Assembly (NCBI GenBank): GCA_017542345.1
Contig: JAFXXI010000009.1
Location: 32,022 to 96,021, forward strand
Direction of reading: 5' to 3'
Origin: Bacteroidales bacterium
GTDB lineage: Bacteria; Bacteroidota; Bacteroidia; Bacteroidales; P3
DNA: 64,000 nucleotides
The notes beneath the pieces are model-generated. The model was not told the origin of the DNA. It searched no databases and worked only from the letters and a program-made list of their open reading frames with translations. Positions 9,193-18,162 of the stretch are shown piece after piece. The translations under genes and the position numbers were made by a program. Positions within the stretch are counted from its first letter, which is position 1, and every line of letters begins with the position of its first letter.

Positions 9193-12100
9193 TCAGCGGA
9201 TGAGGAGCACCGTGCCTTGGAGGGTCTGGTAGACGTTGGGGAAGTAGCGGTCGGCGTAGCGGACGATGTAGATGTAGGCGCCCGCAGGACAAGAATCCCC
9301 ATTGATACTGAGTCCGTTCCAACGGTCAGAGAGGTCGTCGGCCTGGAAGACGAGGATGCCGCGGCGGTCGTAGACACTCATCTCGAAGTGGGCGATATCG
9401 ACACCCTCGGCGCCAAAGGTGCTGTTTTCGGACAGTCCCGGAGTGAAAGCGTTGGGAATGAAGAGCCCGGAGCGTTGCACGGGGATGAGGGCGAGGGCGC
9501 TGTCGGCACAGTGGCCGTCGGAGACGACGAGCATGATGCCCACGGTGTCGGCATGGTCGTCGGCGCGGCCCGTGAGGAGCCAGGAGGTCTCGGGCTGCAG
9601 CACGCCGTCGACATACCAGTAGCGGTAGGGATAGGCGACGGGACTCACGTCACGCGCCTCGAATTCAAGTTGTTCGGCGCTAAGGGTGGAGGGGCCGTAG
9701 CGCATCTCGGCATGGGGTGGCACGAGGGGCTGGAGGGTGACTTCGAGGGAGGCCGGACAGAGGGGGTCGGGGTGGTAGTCGGCATAGAGGTAGTAAGAGG
9801 TGCAACGGCTAGGGGCGACGGTGACAACGCTGTCTTCGACGACACGTTCAAAGAGGCTTCCCTCGATAGGAAGCGTCCATCGGATGTAAGGCACATTGCT
9901 GTGGGCCTCAAGGGTATAGGTGCGCTCGGCGCAGTGCCAGAGGGTGTCGACGGCGAGGGTGACCAGAGGCATCTCGGTGAGGTCGATGGCGAGCACGCTG
10001 TCGCAGCCGTAGAGGGTGTACAGGGTGTCGGCAAGGTGGTGGTCGGTGACGGTGGCCACGGTGCCCGGGGCGGCGCCAGCGGTGTGGTCGCGCCAGCGGT
10101 AGGGTTGGCCTGTGCAGAAGGTGTCGAGTTCAGTGTCGAAGGTGGAGTGGTGGAGAGTGAGGTGGAGGGTGACGGTACTGTCGCAGCCGAAGACGGTGGC
10201 GAAGGTGTGGGTGGGGCCGACGGTGTCGGCAAGGTAGAGACGCCCGTCATACCAGCGCAGGGAGTCGCACCGCTCGATCTGTTCATCGCTGAATGCCAGC
10301 GGCATAACAGCAAGGTCGAGGGTGACGGTGCTGTCGCATCCGCGGAGGGTGGTGTCGGGGTGTATGTAGCGGCCCGATGTGGCCAGGAGGGTGTCGAAGA
10401 AGGGGCGCAGTGAGTCGGCGCAGACGGTGTCGATGTGGTAGGGCTGATAGGATGATAACAGGTTGAGTGCAAGGGTCATGGTGCTGTCGCAGCCATAGCG
10501 GTCGAGGCGGTGGAGGGTAGCGGTGAGGGAGTCGGTGGCCGGTCGCGGCGGGAAGGCCACCGCGGTGTCGAGCCAGGGGTAGGTGCCGGCCGACGAGCAG
10601 ACGGTGTCGGCATAGTGGCGGAGGTAGATGGAATGGACGGTGAGGGGGTGGTGGAGGGTGTCGGGGCAGCCGTTGGTGTCGACGGTGTAGCAGACGGCTA
10701 CGGTGTCGGCCGACGGGCTGACGAGGGCGGGTCCGGAGGCTCCCGAAGACCACTGGTAGGCGACCGCGCCACGGACGCGGAGGGTGTCTGGAATAGCGTT
10801 GATACAACGTTCATTAGGCCCTTGGATGATGGCGGGGGGATAGGGCCGCCGGACACGGATGGTGTGCCGCAGGGTGTCGGTGCACTGGTCGTCGGCGATG
10901 CCGGCAATAAGGGTGACTGGGATGTCGGCCGTGTCGTCGAGGTGGAACTGCAGCGCCTGGGCACTGCTCTCGGCACCGCCGGGCAGGAGCCAGCGCAGGG
11001 TCTCGACGGGCTCGCCGGTGCCCAAGGGGGTGACGCCGTCGCCCGAGATGGTGCTGCGGTTCTGCAGGCGCAGGTCAAACTGACAGTCGGCCACGGTGAG
11101 CACAGTGTCGAAGAGGGCCAGGGGATAGCGGGCGCCGGCGAAGGCGCTCATGGTGAAGTGGCACTGCGGGTTGTCGATGAAGGAGAGGCGGCAGTAGTAG
11201 GTGACGCTGTTGTCGGAGCGCACCCAGAGGCTGGAGGAGTCGGAGACGGTGGCCGTGGTGTCGAGCGAGGAGTACCAGCGGTAGACGAAGCCCGAGGGGA
11301 CGGTGAAGCGGTTGTCGGGCACCACGCTGCAGCCTTCGGTCTGCATGCGTTTGGAGGCGCAACGGAGGGTGAAGTAGGCGTAGCCGAAATGGGAACCCTC
11401 GCCACAGTCGTGGGTGGTAAGTCGCACAAAGACAGTCTGTCCGTCGTAGGGTGTGAGGTCGACGCCGACGGTGGTCCAATCCTTCCACAGCACCTCGCCC
11501 GGGGCCTGGGCCCAGCCCAGGGAGGCGTCGGCAATGAAGTCGGCCATGGCGCAGGAGTCGATGAGCTGACCCTGCTGGTTGAGGATTTCGAGGCGGAAGC
11601 GGGGCTGGTAGGAGGGCGAGTGCTCAGGATCCTGTAGCACAGCAGCATAGCGCAGCACCAGCAAGTCGGCGTCGGCAGCGTCGACGGTGAAGCCATAGGT
11701 GATGCTCTCGGCTTGCGGCTGGGCGTTGCCGCCGGCGGTCCAGTTGCCCAGACGCACAGAGGCATGCTCGCCAGGCGGGATAGTGCGCAGCAGGCCTCCC
11801 GTGCGCGCGTCGCGCTCGGCGGTGTCGATATGCACGGTGTGACGGCTGGCGGCGCTGAGGTAGCCATAGTCGATGCTGCCCTGGTGCTCCATGGGGTTGA
11901 GGTAACTGCCATAGGTACAGGTGACATAGGAGGCGTGGAGGTCGGTGTAGTCGATGCAGCCTTCACCGCCCTGGGGGGTGAAGGTGTAGAAGGTGTCGAC
12001 GTGGGCGGTATGGGGTTGGGCGAAGAGGGTGTCGCAGGCAGCATCGCAGGAGTGGCTGATATAAAAGACATAGTCGGTAAGGGGCGAGAGGCTGTCGACA

Positions 12101-15100
12101 CGGGCCGTGCGCGGTCCGGAGGGGAGGGTGTCGGAGAGGGCGAGGAGGCGCTGTTCGGAGGCCGCTGCCTCGCGCGCGCCATACAATATATATAATATTG
12201 GATTGCCTTGCTGCTGCCATTGGAACTCGACATGGTCGGTCTCCATGGCGGTCATGCGCACATCGTAGGCTGAGCAGGTGGAGAGCAGCAGGTCGTCGAG
12301 GTCGAGCACATCGTCGTCGGCTACACGGAGAGCCAGGAAACGGCCGCCGCCATAGTAATCGGCGAAGGAGTGGAAGCAGCGGGTATAGGTGGAGCGCATA
12401 GAGGTGAAGGAGGCCAGCGAGTCGAAGGTGGAGGGGTCGGAGGCATCGCTCATGGTGCCAAGGGTGAGTTGGTGGTTGTTGCTTTGGCGGAAGCGGGCAC
12501 GGAAGCTTACGGTCAGGCGGCGCAGACTGTCAACGTCGGGCTGCGGCAGGACGAGGTAGGTGGTGCCGTAGTAGTTGCTGACGGTGAGGTGTCCGGATTC
12601 GATATGGGCGTAGTTGGCGGGGCGGTTGACAAGGACACGCCAGCCGGCGAGGTCGCTGTCGAAGGTGCTGCAATAGGGCAGCGAGACCGAAGCGGAGAGG
12701 GTGACCAGCCGCTGCGGCGGACGGGCGGTGCGCTCGGCGGAGTCGCAGCGCAGGTAGAGGTTGTAGGCCGTGTCGGGGTCGAGCACGAGGGTCAAGGGCG
12801 GGGTGCCGACAGGGATGGTGACGCCGCTGCCGAGGGGCGCTCCGGCATGGACATATTCAAGCCAGAAGCCGCTGAAGGTGGTGGGCCAGGAGAGGATGAC
12901 ACGGCCGTTGCCGGGCTGCGACACGGTGAGGCTGTCGGGCAGCGGACAGCGGTCGACGGCGGTGCGCAGCTGCTGGGGCGGCGCACAGGTGGCGGCGCCC
13001 GAATCGCAGAGGAGGTGGAAGTCGTAGAGGGTGTTGTTAGCAAGGATGACGGTGTCGGGGGCCCGGACGGTGGTGCCGCTGCCGAGGGTGAAGCCGGCGG
13101 GACCGTATTCCACGGCACCGCTGCCGCTGACAATGGCGTGGTTGTCGGAGGTGAGGCTGACCGAGGGCAGCTCGCAAGGGAGCACCGTGAGGTCGGCCAG
13201 CTGGGCGTTGCCGCCGTCGGTGGTGCGCAGGGCCACAAAGCGGCCGTCGCCCTGATAGGTGGCGAACGAGACATGGCGGCGCACCCAGGTGCTCACGGGC
13301 GCGTTGACGGTGGCCAGCGGCTCGAAGCTGCTCCAGTCGCCGTCGCGTTGCAGCACGCCCACCTCGACGGGATTGCCGCCGCGGAGGCTGAAGTAGAGGT
13401 GCAGGCGGGAGACGCTGTCGACGGAGAACTCGGGCAGGACGAGGGTGGCGACGGTGTCGCTCGTGCGGCAGTAGGGCAGGTCCTCCTCGGTGGGCATGGT
13501 GACGGCGAGGGGTGCAAGGCAAGTGGGGGTGGCATTATGGCGGCAGTAGAGCCAGTAGCTGGCACCGGGGGTGAGGTTCTCGAGGCGGAAGAGGGTGTCG
13601 GTGACGTGGCGCACCGTGCCCTGTCCCTGGAGGAAGCCCACGGGACCATATTCTATATAGTAATTGGTATCAGCGTTTTGAAGCTCGATGCGGCGCGCCG
13701 AGAGGACAGCCACCGAGGGGGTGAGACCGTGGGTGACGGCGAGGGTGTCGATGAGGAGCTCGGCCGTCTGAACGGTGGCTTCGCAGGCGAGGGCCAGGCG
13801 GGCGCCGGCGGTGAAGCGCGTAAGGGGTAGCCTCAGAGTGTGCCAGCGGTTGCTGACGGAGGGCACGAGGGTGTCGCGCGGCTGGAAGCTGTTGGGGTTG
13901 GCGTCGAGGCCTATCTGACCCACCACCAGACGGGCGCGGTTGTGGTTGGGGGTGCGCAGGCTGAGGGTGAGCTGGTGCGCGGCGAGGCTGTCGGCAGCCA
14001 GCAGCGGCAGCACCACGATGCTGCGGTTGCCCGCGGCGGCACGGAGCTGCATAGCCTGGGTGCCGCCCGAGGTGGTGAGGGCCGGGGTATTGCTATAGGT
14101 GCGGCTGACCGCCCACTGGTAGGGCATGCCCGCCTCGGGGGCGTCGTCGAAATTCTCGCAGTAGGGCGTGGACATGGCGCTGCCGAAGGAGAACATCAGG
14201 CGCTGGCAACTGTTGTCTGTGAGGCTGATGGGTTTGAGGTAGAGGTCGTAGTTGCTGCCTTCCACCACGCCCGGCACCGCGAAGGTGGTGAGGGGTGCGT
14301 CGACGGTGTCGGCGGTGCCTGTGCCGGGCTCGAAGCCCGCGGGGCCGTATTCCACCGCCACACGGCTGACATCGTGCCAGGTGCGCCAGGTGGCCACCCC
14401 TGCGGAGGTGACGGCGACATTGCCGATGGCATAGCGCGCCACGCTCAGGTCGTCCATGAAGAAGGTGCCTGCCGCAGCGGCGGCGCGCATCACGATGTAG
14501 CGGCCGGTGCCTACATAGGCGGAGAGGTCGGCCACACGGTGCTGCCACACGCCGAGCTGCGTGAGGCGCAGGGTGTCGAGTGGCACGAAGGTGTGGAGCG
14601 AGTCGGGGTCGTCCATGACGCCCACCACGAAAGCATCCTGGGCCATCAGCGCCTCGGAGGCTCCGTAGAGCCAGAGGCTGACGGTCAGCTGCTCGACAGA
14701 GCCCATCGGGGGCAAGACCACCTGCTGGCCGCCGGTGAACTGGCCCGCATGACTGCCGCCGTGATAGTTGCGATCGGTGGTCACCACACCGCGGCAATAG
14801 GAAGGTGTGCGGCCTGTGGGGAGACTCTCAAAGTTGACACAGTAAGGGATGGAAGCTGAGGGCGGTGAGGTGTATTTGCTGGTATTCACCCGCTGGATTC
14901 TGTTGTCGGAAGGGCCGTAGCCCGCATAGTAGGCGGCACCGGTGTCGCCGCAACTGCAGGTCGCCAGAAGGGTGATGATGTAGTTCGCCCCCGGGACAAG
15001 ACCATCAATAACGGCCGGCGAATGAGTAATCGTGCCTGTAAGCAGTTCGCCGCCACCCGTCAACGTGTAGTGCAACGTCAGGCTGTCGTCGCTCTGCCAA

Positions 15101-17805
15101 GTGAGGGTGATGCTGGTGCTGTCGGCAGCGGCGAGACGTACATTTTTGGCCGCGCAGGTGTTCAAAGCGAGGTTCTCCACGAAGACCTGGGCCGCCGCCG
15201 CGTCGGTCTGCAGCATCAGGGCCAGATGCCCCTGCACCGAGTCGACATGGAGGTGGTAGGGCAGCCACGTTTCGGCGCTGGTAAAGAGGACGGTATCAAC
15301 CGGGGTGAAGGTGGCGAGGTCGGACACATCGCCGAGGAAGCCCAGGACAAGGCGCGTAGCGCCCAGTCCCTGCGTGAGGTTGGCATAGAAGGAGATGCTG
15401 CGGCCGGGGGCGCACGAGAGGGCGTCGGGCAGCACGGCCACCGTGGGGGCGCCGGCACCGGCGGCAAACTGCAACGAGCGGCCTCCCGTGAGGTTTCTCA
15501 CCGTGCTGACGATGGGATACTCGCCGTAGGTGGAGAGGCGGCGCCAGTTGGGCGGATAGCCGCTGACGGGCACCGTGTTGAACGACTGGCAATAGGGCAT
15601 CGTCACCGGACCGTCGAGGGTGGTGAACCACAGCGAGCGGTAGTGGCAGCCGTCGCCCTCGAGGGGGCTGACATGGACACAATAGGGGGTGCCGGAGGCG
15701 AGGTTGGCGAGGACGACCGCCGTGTCGGAGACGAGGGAGGTGCCGTGGCCCGGGGTGAAGTCGACACCCTCGGTGGCCACGGGGGCATACTCGATGTGCA
15801 CGCTGTCGCCACGCTGCAGCAGCCAGTCGATGCGGGCCGACACAGCGCTGATGGCGCCCACCGACGCCTGCAAGAGGCGTGCGTTGCGCAGTGCCAAAGC
15901 ATCGACATTCCATCCGCCCACGGCCCGCAAAGCGAGGCAACTGCCGGCCGTGGAGGCCAGCGCCACGCTGTAGCGACTCCACACGCCGGTGCCCGCCAGC
16001 GTGTCGGTGGGAACGAAGGGATCGTAGGGACTGCTCTGGCGGCCCACTATCAGTGAGCCGGTGCCGATGGCGTAGAATTCCAGAAAGACGGTATCGGGCG
16101 CGGCATCGCCCATGAGGGGCATGGTGGCCACGGCGCCGTTGGCCAGCGACAAGGCGCGGGAGCCCTCGCTGGCGTTGGTGCCCACAGTGACGCCCGCGGT
16201 GCCGACCCATCCCTGCGGAAGGGCGCCGCCCTCCTCAAAGCCAGTGCAATAGGGCGGAAGCACCTCGTGGGCGAAGGTGCGAAAACGGTGGCGGTCGCAG
16301 TCGGCCGGGAGGTCGCCGCAGGTGGGCCAGAGGTAGAGGTCGTATTCGGTATCGGCCGAGAGGTCGTGCAGGGCGAGGCGTGTGCCGTCGAAGTGAATGG
16401 TGGCGGTGTTGACGGGACCTGTCAGCACAAAGCGGGAGCCGCTGCCGGGGGTGAAGCCCGCAGGGCCGTATTCAAGCTGCACGGCGCCGCTGTCGGCCAG
16501 GTAGAGGGTATCCCACTCGACGGTGACTCCCTCCTCGGTGATGTTGTAGAGCCGCGCGTTGTCGAGCAGGCAGTGGGCCAGGCGTAGGTTGTCGACGGTC
16601 AGGATCCCGTTGCCCAGCGCCAGCAGCGCTGGATAGCGGTAAGTGCCTGTGTAAGGCGCCAACGACAGCAACTGCGGCGATGACGAGGGCAGCAGCGTGT
16701 CAATAGGGGTGAAGCCCTCGGGCTCGCCGGCAAACTCCATGGCTCCCACCACCAGCCGCACGTCGCCGCTGCCGCCGAGCGACAGCGCGAGGGTGAGCTC
16801 GCCCAGGCGTGACGAATGGTAGGAGGAATGGGTGTCGGCACAGACAGGTGCCGGCAGGACGGCCAGGCAACTGTCGCCCGTGGCGGGCATCATGCGCAGC
16901 ACGCCGGAAGCCGTCTGCGGACGATTGGGCAGCGGGGTGCGCCAGCGTGGCGGCAACTGCCCTCCGGCGAGGGAGAAGGTCTCATTGTAGGCGGGCACCA
17001 TGCCGACACGCTCGAGGGTGCGCACCGTCACCTCCTCGCGGTGGCCGTCGGTGCAGCCCACGCTGAAGGTGTAGTCGGTCTCGGGCTCGAGGCCGGTAAT
17101 GACTAGCGGACTCTGTGCCGGGCTGATGACGGTCTGGCCGTAGCGCACATCGACAATGCCCATGCCGAAGACGTCGAAATGCAGCGTCAGCCGGTCGCTG
17201 CCGAGGTGGGAGACCCATGGCACCGAGGTGCCGCAGCTCTCGATACTGACGTCGTCGATGTGCATCTCGCTGCCGTCGGGCTGCAGGCTGCGACGCATGC
17301 AGAACGCCAGGCGCCGCCCGTTGCCAGTGTAGGACGAGAGGTCGATGGCAAATTCCTGCCACGTCGAGCCGCGGTCGACATGGAGCGTGTCAATCGGCTC
17401 GAAGGCACGGGTGTATCGGTTGGTGTCGGCGCAGAAACCCACCAACAGGCGGGCCGACGTGGAAGGCGAACGAAGACGGAATCGGAGGTAGAGCCCCTCG
17501 AGCGAGGAGAGGCCGGCCAGCGGCGGGACGATGACCATGCTGTAGTGGCTCTCGGCCAAAGTGCCGGGATAGAGCACCAGCGAGGCGGTGCCGCTGTAGT
17601 GCTGCAGGGCGTCGACGTGGGGCGGATAGCCCATGTCGTAGTTGCGGGTGGCAAACCAGCACGGAGGCATCACCTCGGAGCCGGCGCCGTAGGTGTCGAA
17701 CGCCTCACGCAACGGCACGGTGAGCGAGTCGCAGGGCGTCTGTGCCGACAGCCGCAAGGCCAGCACGAATGCTGCCGCAAGAGCTATAATCCGCCTTAAA
17801 CGCAT
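9193..17805 (-). CDS. Giant modular cell-surface protein with T9SS type-B (gliding-motility-associated) C-terminal sorting domain
   Basis: 2870-aa ORF with signal peptide MRLRRIIALAAAFVLALRLSAQ. About eight modules start with ..PYCxxF.. and alternate with Fn3-like EYGPAGFxPGxG segments. There are four GCDS[TV]xxLxL Cys repeats. The C-terminus IPNAFTPG..FEMSVYDRRGILVF..RWNG..CPAGAYIYIVRY..GTVLLIR fits the type-B CTD pattern. Confidence 0.9.
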   Translation of the reverse strand: MRLRRIIALAAAFVLALRLSAQTPCDSLTVPLREAFDTYGAGSEVMPPCWFATRNYDMGYPPHVDALQHYSGTASLVLYPGTLAESHYSMVIVPPLAGLSSLEGLYLRFRLRSPSTSARLLVGFCADTNRYTRAFEPIDTLHVDRGSTWQEFAIDLSSYTGNGRRLAFCMRRSLQPDGSEMHIDDVSIESCGTSVPWVSHLGSDRLTLHFDVFGMGIVDVRYGQTVISPAQSPLVITGLEPETDYTFSVGCTDGHREEVTVRTLERVGMVPAYNETFSLAGGQLPPRWRTPLPNRPQTASGVLRMMPATGDSCLAVLPAPVCADTHSSYHSSRLGELTLALSLGGSGDVRLVVGAMEFAGEPEGFTPIDTLLPSSSPQLLSLAPYTGTYRYPALLALGNGILTVDNLRLAHCLLDNARLYNITEEGVTVEWDTLYLADSGAVQLEYGPAGFTPGSGSRFVLTGPVNTATIHFDGTRLALHDLSADTEYDLYLWPTCGDLPADCDRHRFRTFAHEVLPPYCTGFEEGGALPQGWVGTAGVTVGTNASEGSRALSLANGAVATMPLMGDAAPDTVFLEFYAIGTGSLIVGRQSSPYDPFVPTDTLAGTGVWSRYSVALASTAGSCLALRAVGGWNVDALALRNARLLQASVGAISAVSARIDWLLQRGDSVHIEYAPVATEGVDFTPGHGTSLVSDTAVVLANLASGTPYCVHVSPLEGDGCHYRSLWFTTLDGPVTMPYCQSFNTVPVSGYPPNWRRLSTYGEYPIVSTVRNLTGGRSLQFAAGAGAPTVAVLPDALSCAPGRSISFYANLTQGLGATRLVLGFLGDVSDLATFTPVDTVLFTSAETWLPYHLHVDSVQGHLALMLQTDAAAAQVFVENLALNTCAAKNVRLAAADSTSITLTWQSDDSLTLHYTLTGGGELLTGTITHSPAVIDGLVPGANYIITLLATCSCGDTGAAYYAGYGPSDNRIQRVNTSKYTSPPSASIPYCVNFESLPTGRTPSYCRGVVTTDRNYHGGSHAGQFTGGQQVVLPPMGSVEQLTVSLWLYGASEALMAQDAFVVGVMDDPDSLHTFVPLDTLRLTQLGVWQHRVADLSAYVGTGRYIVMRAAAAAGTFFMDDLSVARYAIGNVAVTSAGVATWRTWHDVSRVAVEYGPAGFEPGTGTADTVDAPLTTFAVPGVVEGSNYDLYLKPISLTDNSCQRLMFSFGSAMSTPYCENFDDAPEAGMPYQWAVSRTYSNTPALTTSGGTQAMQLRAAAGNRSIVVLPLLAADSLAAHQLTLSLRTPNHNRARLVVGQIGLDANPNSFQPRDTLVPSVSNRWHTLRLPLTRFTAGARLALACEATVQTAELLIDTLAVTHGLTPSVAVLSARRIELQNADTNYYIEYGPVGFLQGQGTVRHVTDTLFRLENLTPGASYWLYCRHNATPTCLAPLAVTMPTEEDLPYCRTSDTVATLVLPEFSVDSVSRLHLYFSLRGGNPVEVGVLQRDGDWSSFEPLATVNAPVSTWVRRHVSFATYQGDGRFVALRTTDGGNAQLADLTVLPCELPSVSLTSDNHAIVSGSGAVEYGPAGFTLGSGTTVRAPDTVILANNTLYDFHLLCDSGAATCAPPQQLRTAVDRCPLPDSLTVSQPGNGRVILSWPTTFSGFWLEYVHAGAPLGSGVTIPVGTPPLTLVLDPDTAYNLYLRCDSAERTARPPQRLVTLSASVSLPYCSTFDSDLAGWRVLVNRPANYAHIESGHLTVSNYYGTTYLVLPQPDVDSLRRLTVSFRARFRQSNNHQLTLGTMSDASDPSTFDSLASFTSMRSTYTRCFHSFADYYGGGRFLALRVADDDVLDLDDLLLSTCSAYDVRMTAMETDHVEFQWQQQGNPILYILYGAREAAASEQRLLALSDTLPSGPRTARVDSLSPLTDYVFYISHSCDAACDTLFAQPHTAHVDTFYTFTPQGGEGCIDYTDLHASYVTCTYGSYLNPMEHQGSIDYGYLSAASRHTVHIDTAERDARTGGLLRTIPPGEHASVRLGNWTAGGNAQPQAESITYGFTVDAADADLLVLRYAAVLQDPEHSPSYQPRFRLEILNQQGQLIDSCAMADFIADASLGWAQAPGEVLWKDWTTVGVDLTPYDGQTVFVRLTTHDCGEGSHFGYAYFTLRCASKRMQTEGCSVVPDNRFTVPSGFVYRWYSSLDTTATVSDSSSLWVRSDNSVTYYCRLSFIDNPQCHFTMSAFAGARYPLALFDTVLTVADCQFDLRLQNRSTISGDGVTPLGTGEPVETLRWLLPGGAESSAQALQFHLDDTADIPVTLIAGIADDQCTDTLRHTIRVRRPYPPAIIQGPNERCINAIPDTLRVRGAVAYQWSSGASGPALVSPSADTVAVCYTVDTNGCPDTLHHPLTVHSIYLRHYADTVCSSAGTYPWLDTAVAFPPRPATDSLTATLHRLDRYGCDSTMTLALNLLSSYQPYHIDTVCADSLRPFFDTLLATSGRYIHPDTTLRGCDSTVTLDLAVMPLAFSDEQIERCDSLRWYDGRLYLADTVGPTHTFATVFGCDSTVTLHLTLHHSTFDTELDTFCTGQPYRWRDHTAGAAPGTVATVTDHHLADTLYTLYGCDSVLAIDLTEMPLVTLAVDTLWHCAERTYTLEAHSNVPYIRWTLPIEGSLFERVVEDSVVTVAPSRCTSYYLYADYHPDPLCPASLEVTLQPLVPPHAEMRYGPSTLSAEQLEFEARDVSPVAYPYRYWYVDGVLQPETSWLLTGRADDHADTVGIMLVVSDGHCADSALALIPVQRSGLFIPNAFTPGLSENSTFGAEGVDIAHFEMSVYDRRGILVFQADDLSDRWNGLSINGDSCPAGAYIYIVRYADRYFPNVYQTLQGTVLLIR

Positions 17806-17928
17806 TGAAATATATAACGAGCACGCAACACAATTTATTGTATATTATTTCTTTTTTCTCCTCCCCCCACCCCACCGATGGTGCGCCCTTCGGGCGGAGT
17901 TTTTCCATCCATATTCAAAAAAAAATTG

Positions 17929-17936
17929 TATCTTTG
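17929..17936 (+). promoter_or_regulatory. Candidate -7 box (TATCTTTG) upstream of tnaA
   Basis: TATCTTTG matches TAnnTTTG. It lies 227 nt upstream of the tnaA ATG, implying a long leader. Confidence 0.4.
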
Positions 17937-18162
17937 CACGTTAAAATGTGAAGTCTAATAATTGATATGCCTGCCAGAAAGATATACGCAAACATCAAGG
18001 ACAGAGACTCTTACACTGGATAAAGGTCGTGCGCGAGAGATAATTTCACACGCACGGAAAAGAGCGTTTTCCCCGTGGCGAACCGTCGCCGACGGGGTAA
18101 AAATCACTCATTTGTAGAAAGAGAAAACATAAAAAAAGTTAAAAAAATTAAAATATAATAAA

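Noticed and set aside
9076-16056. A series of plus-strand ORFs of about 340-490 aa (9076-10413, 10510-11637, 12370-13830, 13840-14859, 15022-16056) and many minus-strand off-frame ORFs within 9193-17805.
   Set aside because: All overlap the single uninterrupted 2870-aa ORF, which has a signal peptide, repeated Fn3-like modules and a T9SS CTD. The overlapping ORFs are Gly/Ala/Arg/Pro-rich and fragmentary, which is typical of high-GC shadow frames.
17967-18023. The uORF upstream of tnaA as a TnaC-like leader peptide.
   Set aside because: The 18-codon peptide (MPARKIYANIKDRDSYTG) has no Trp and no resemblance to TnaC. It is kept only as part of the low-interest leader observation.
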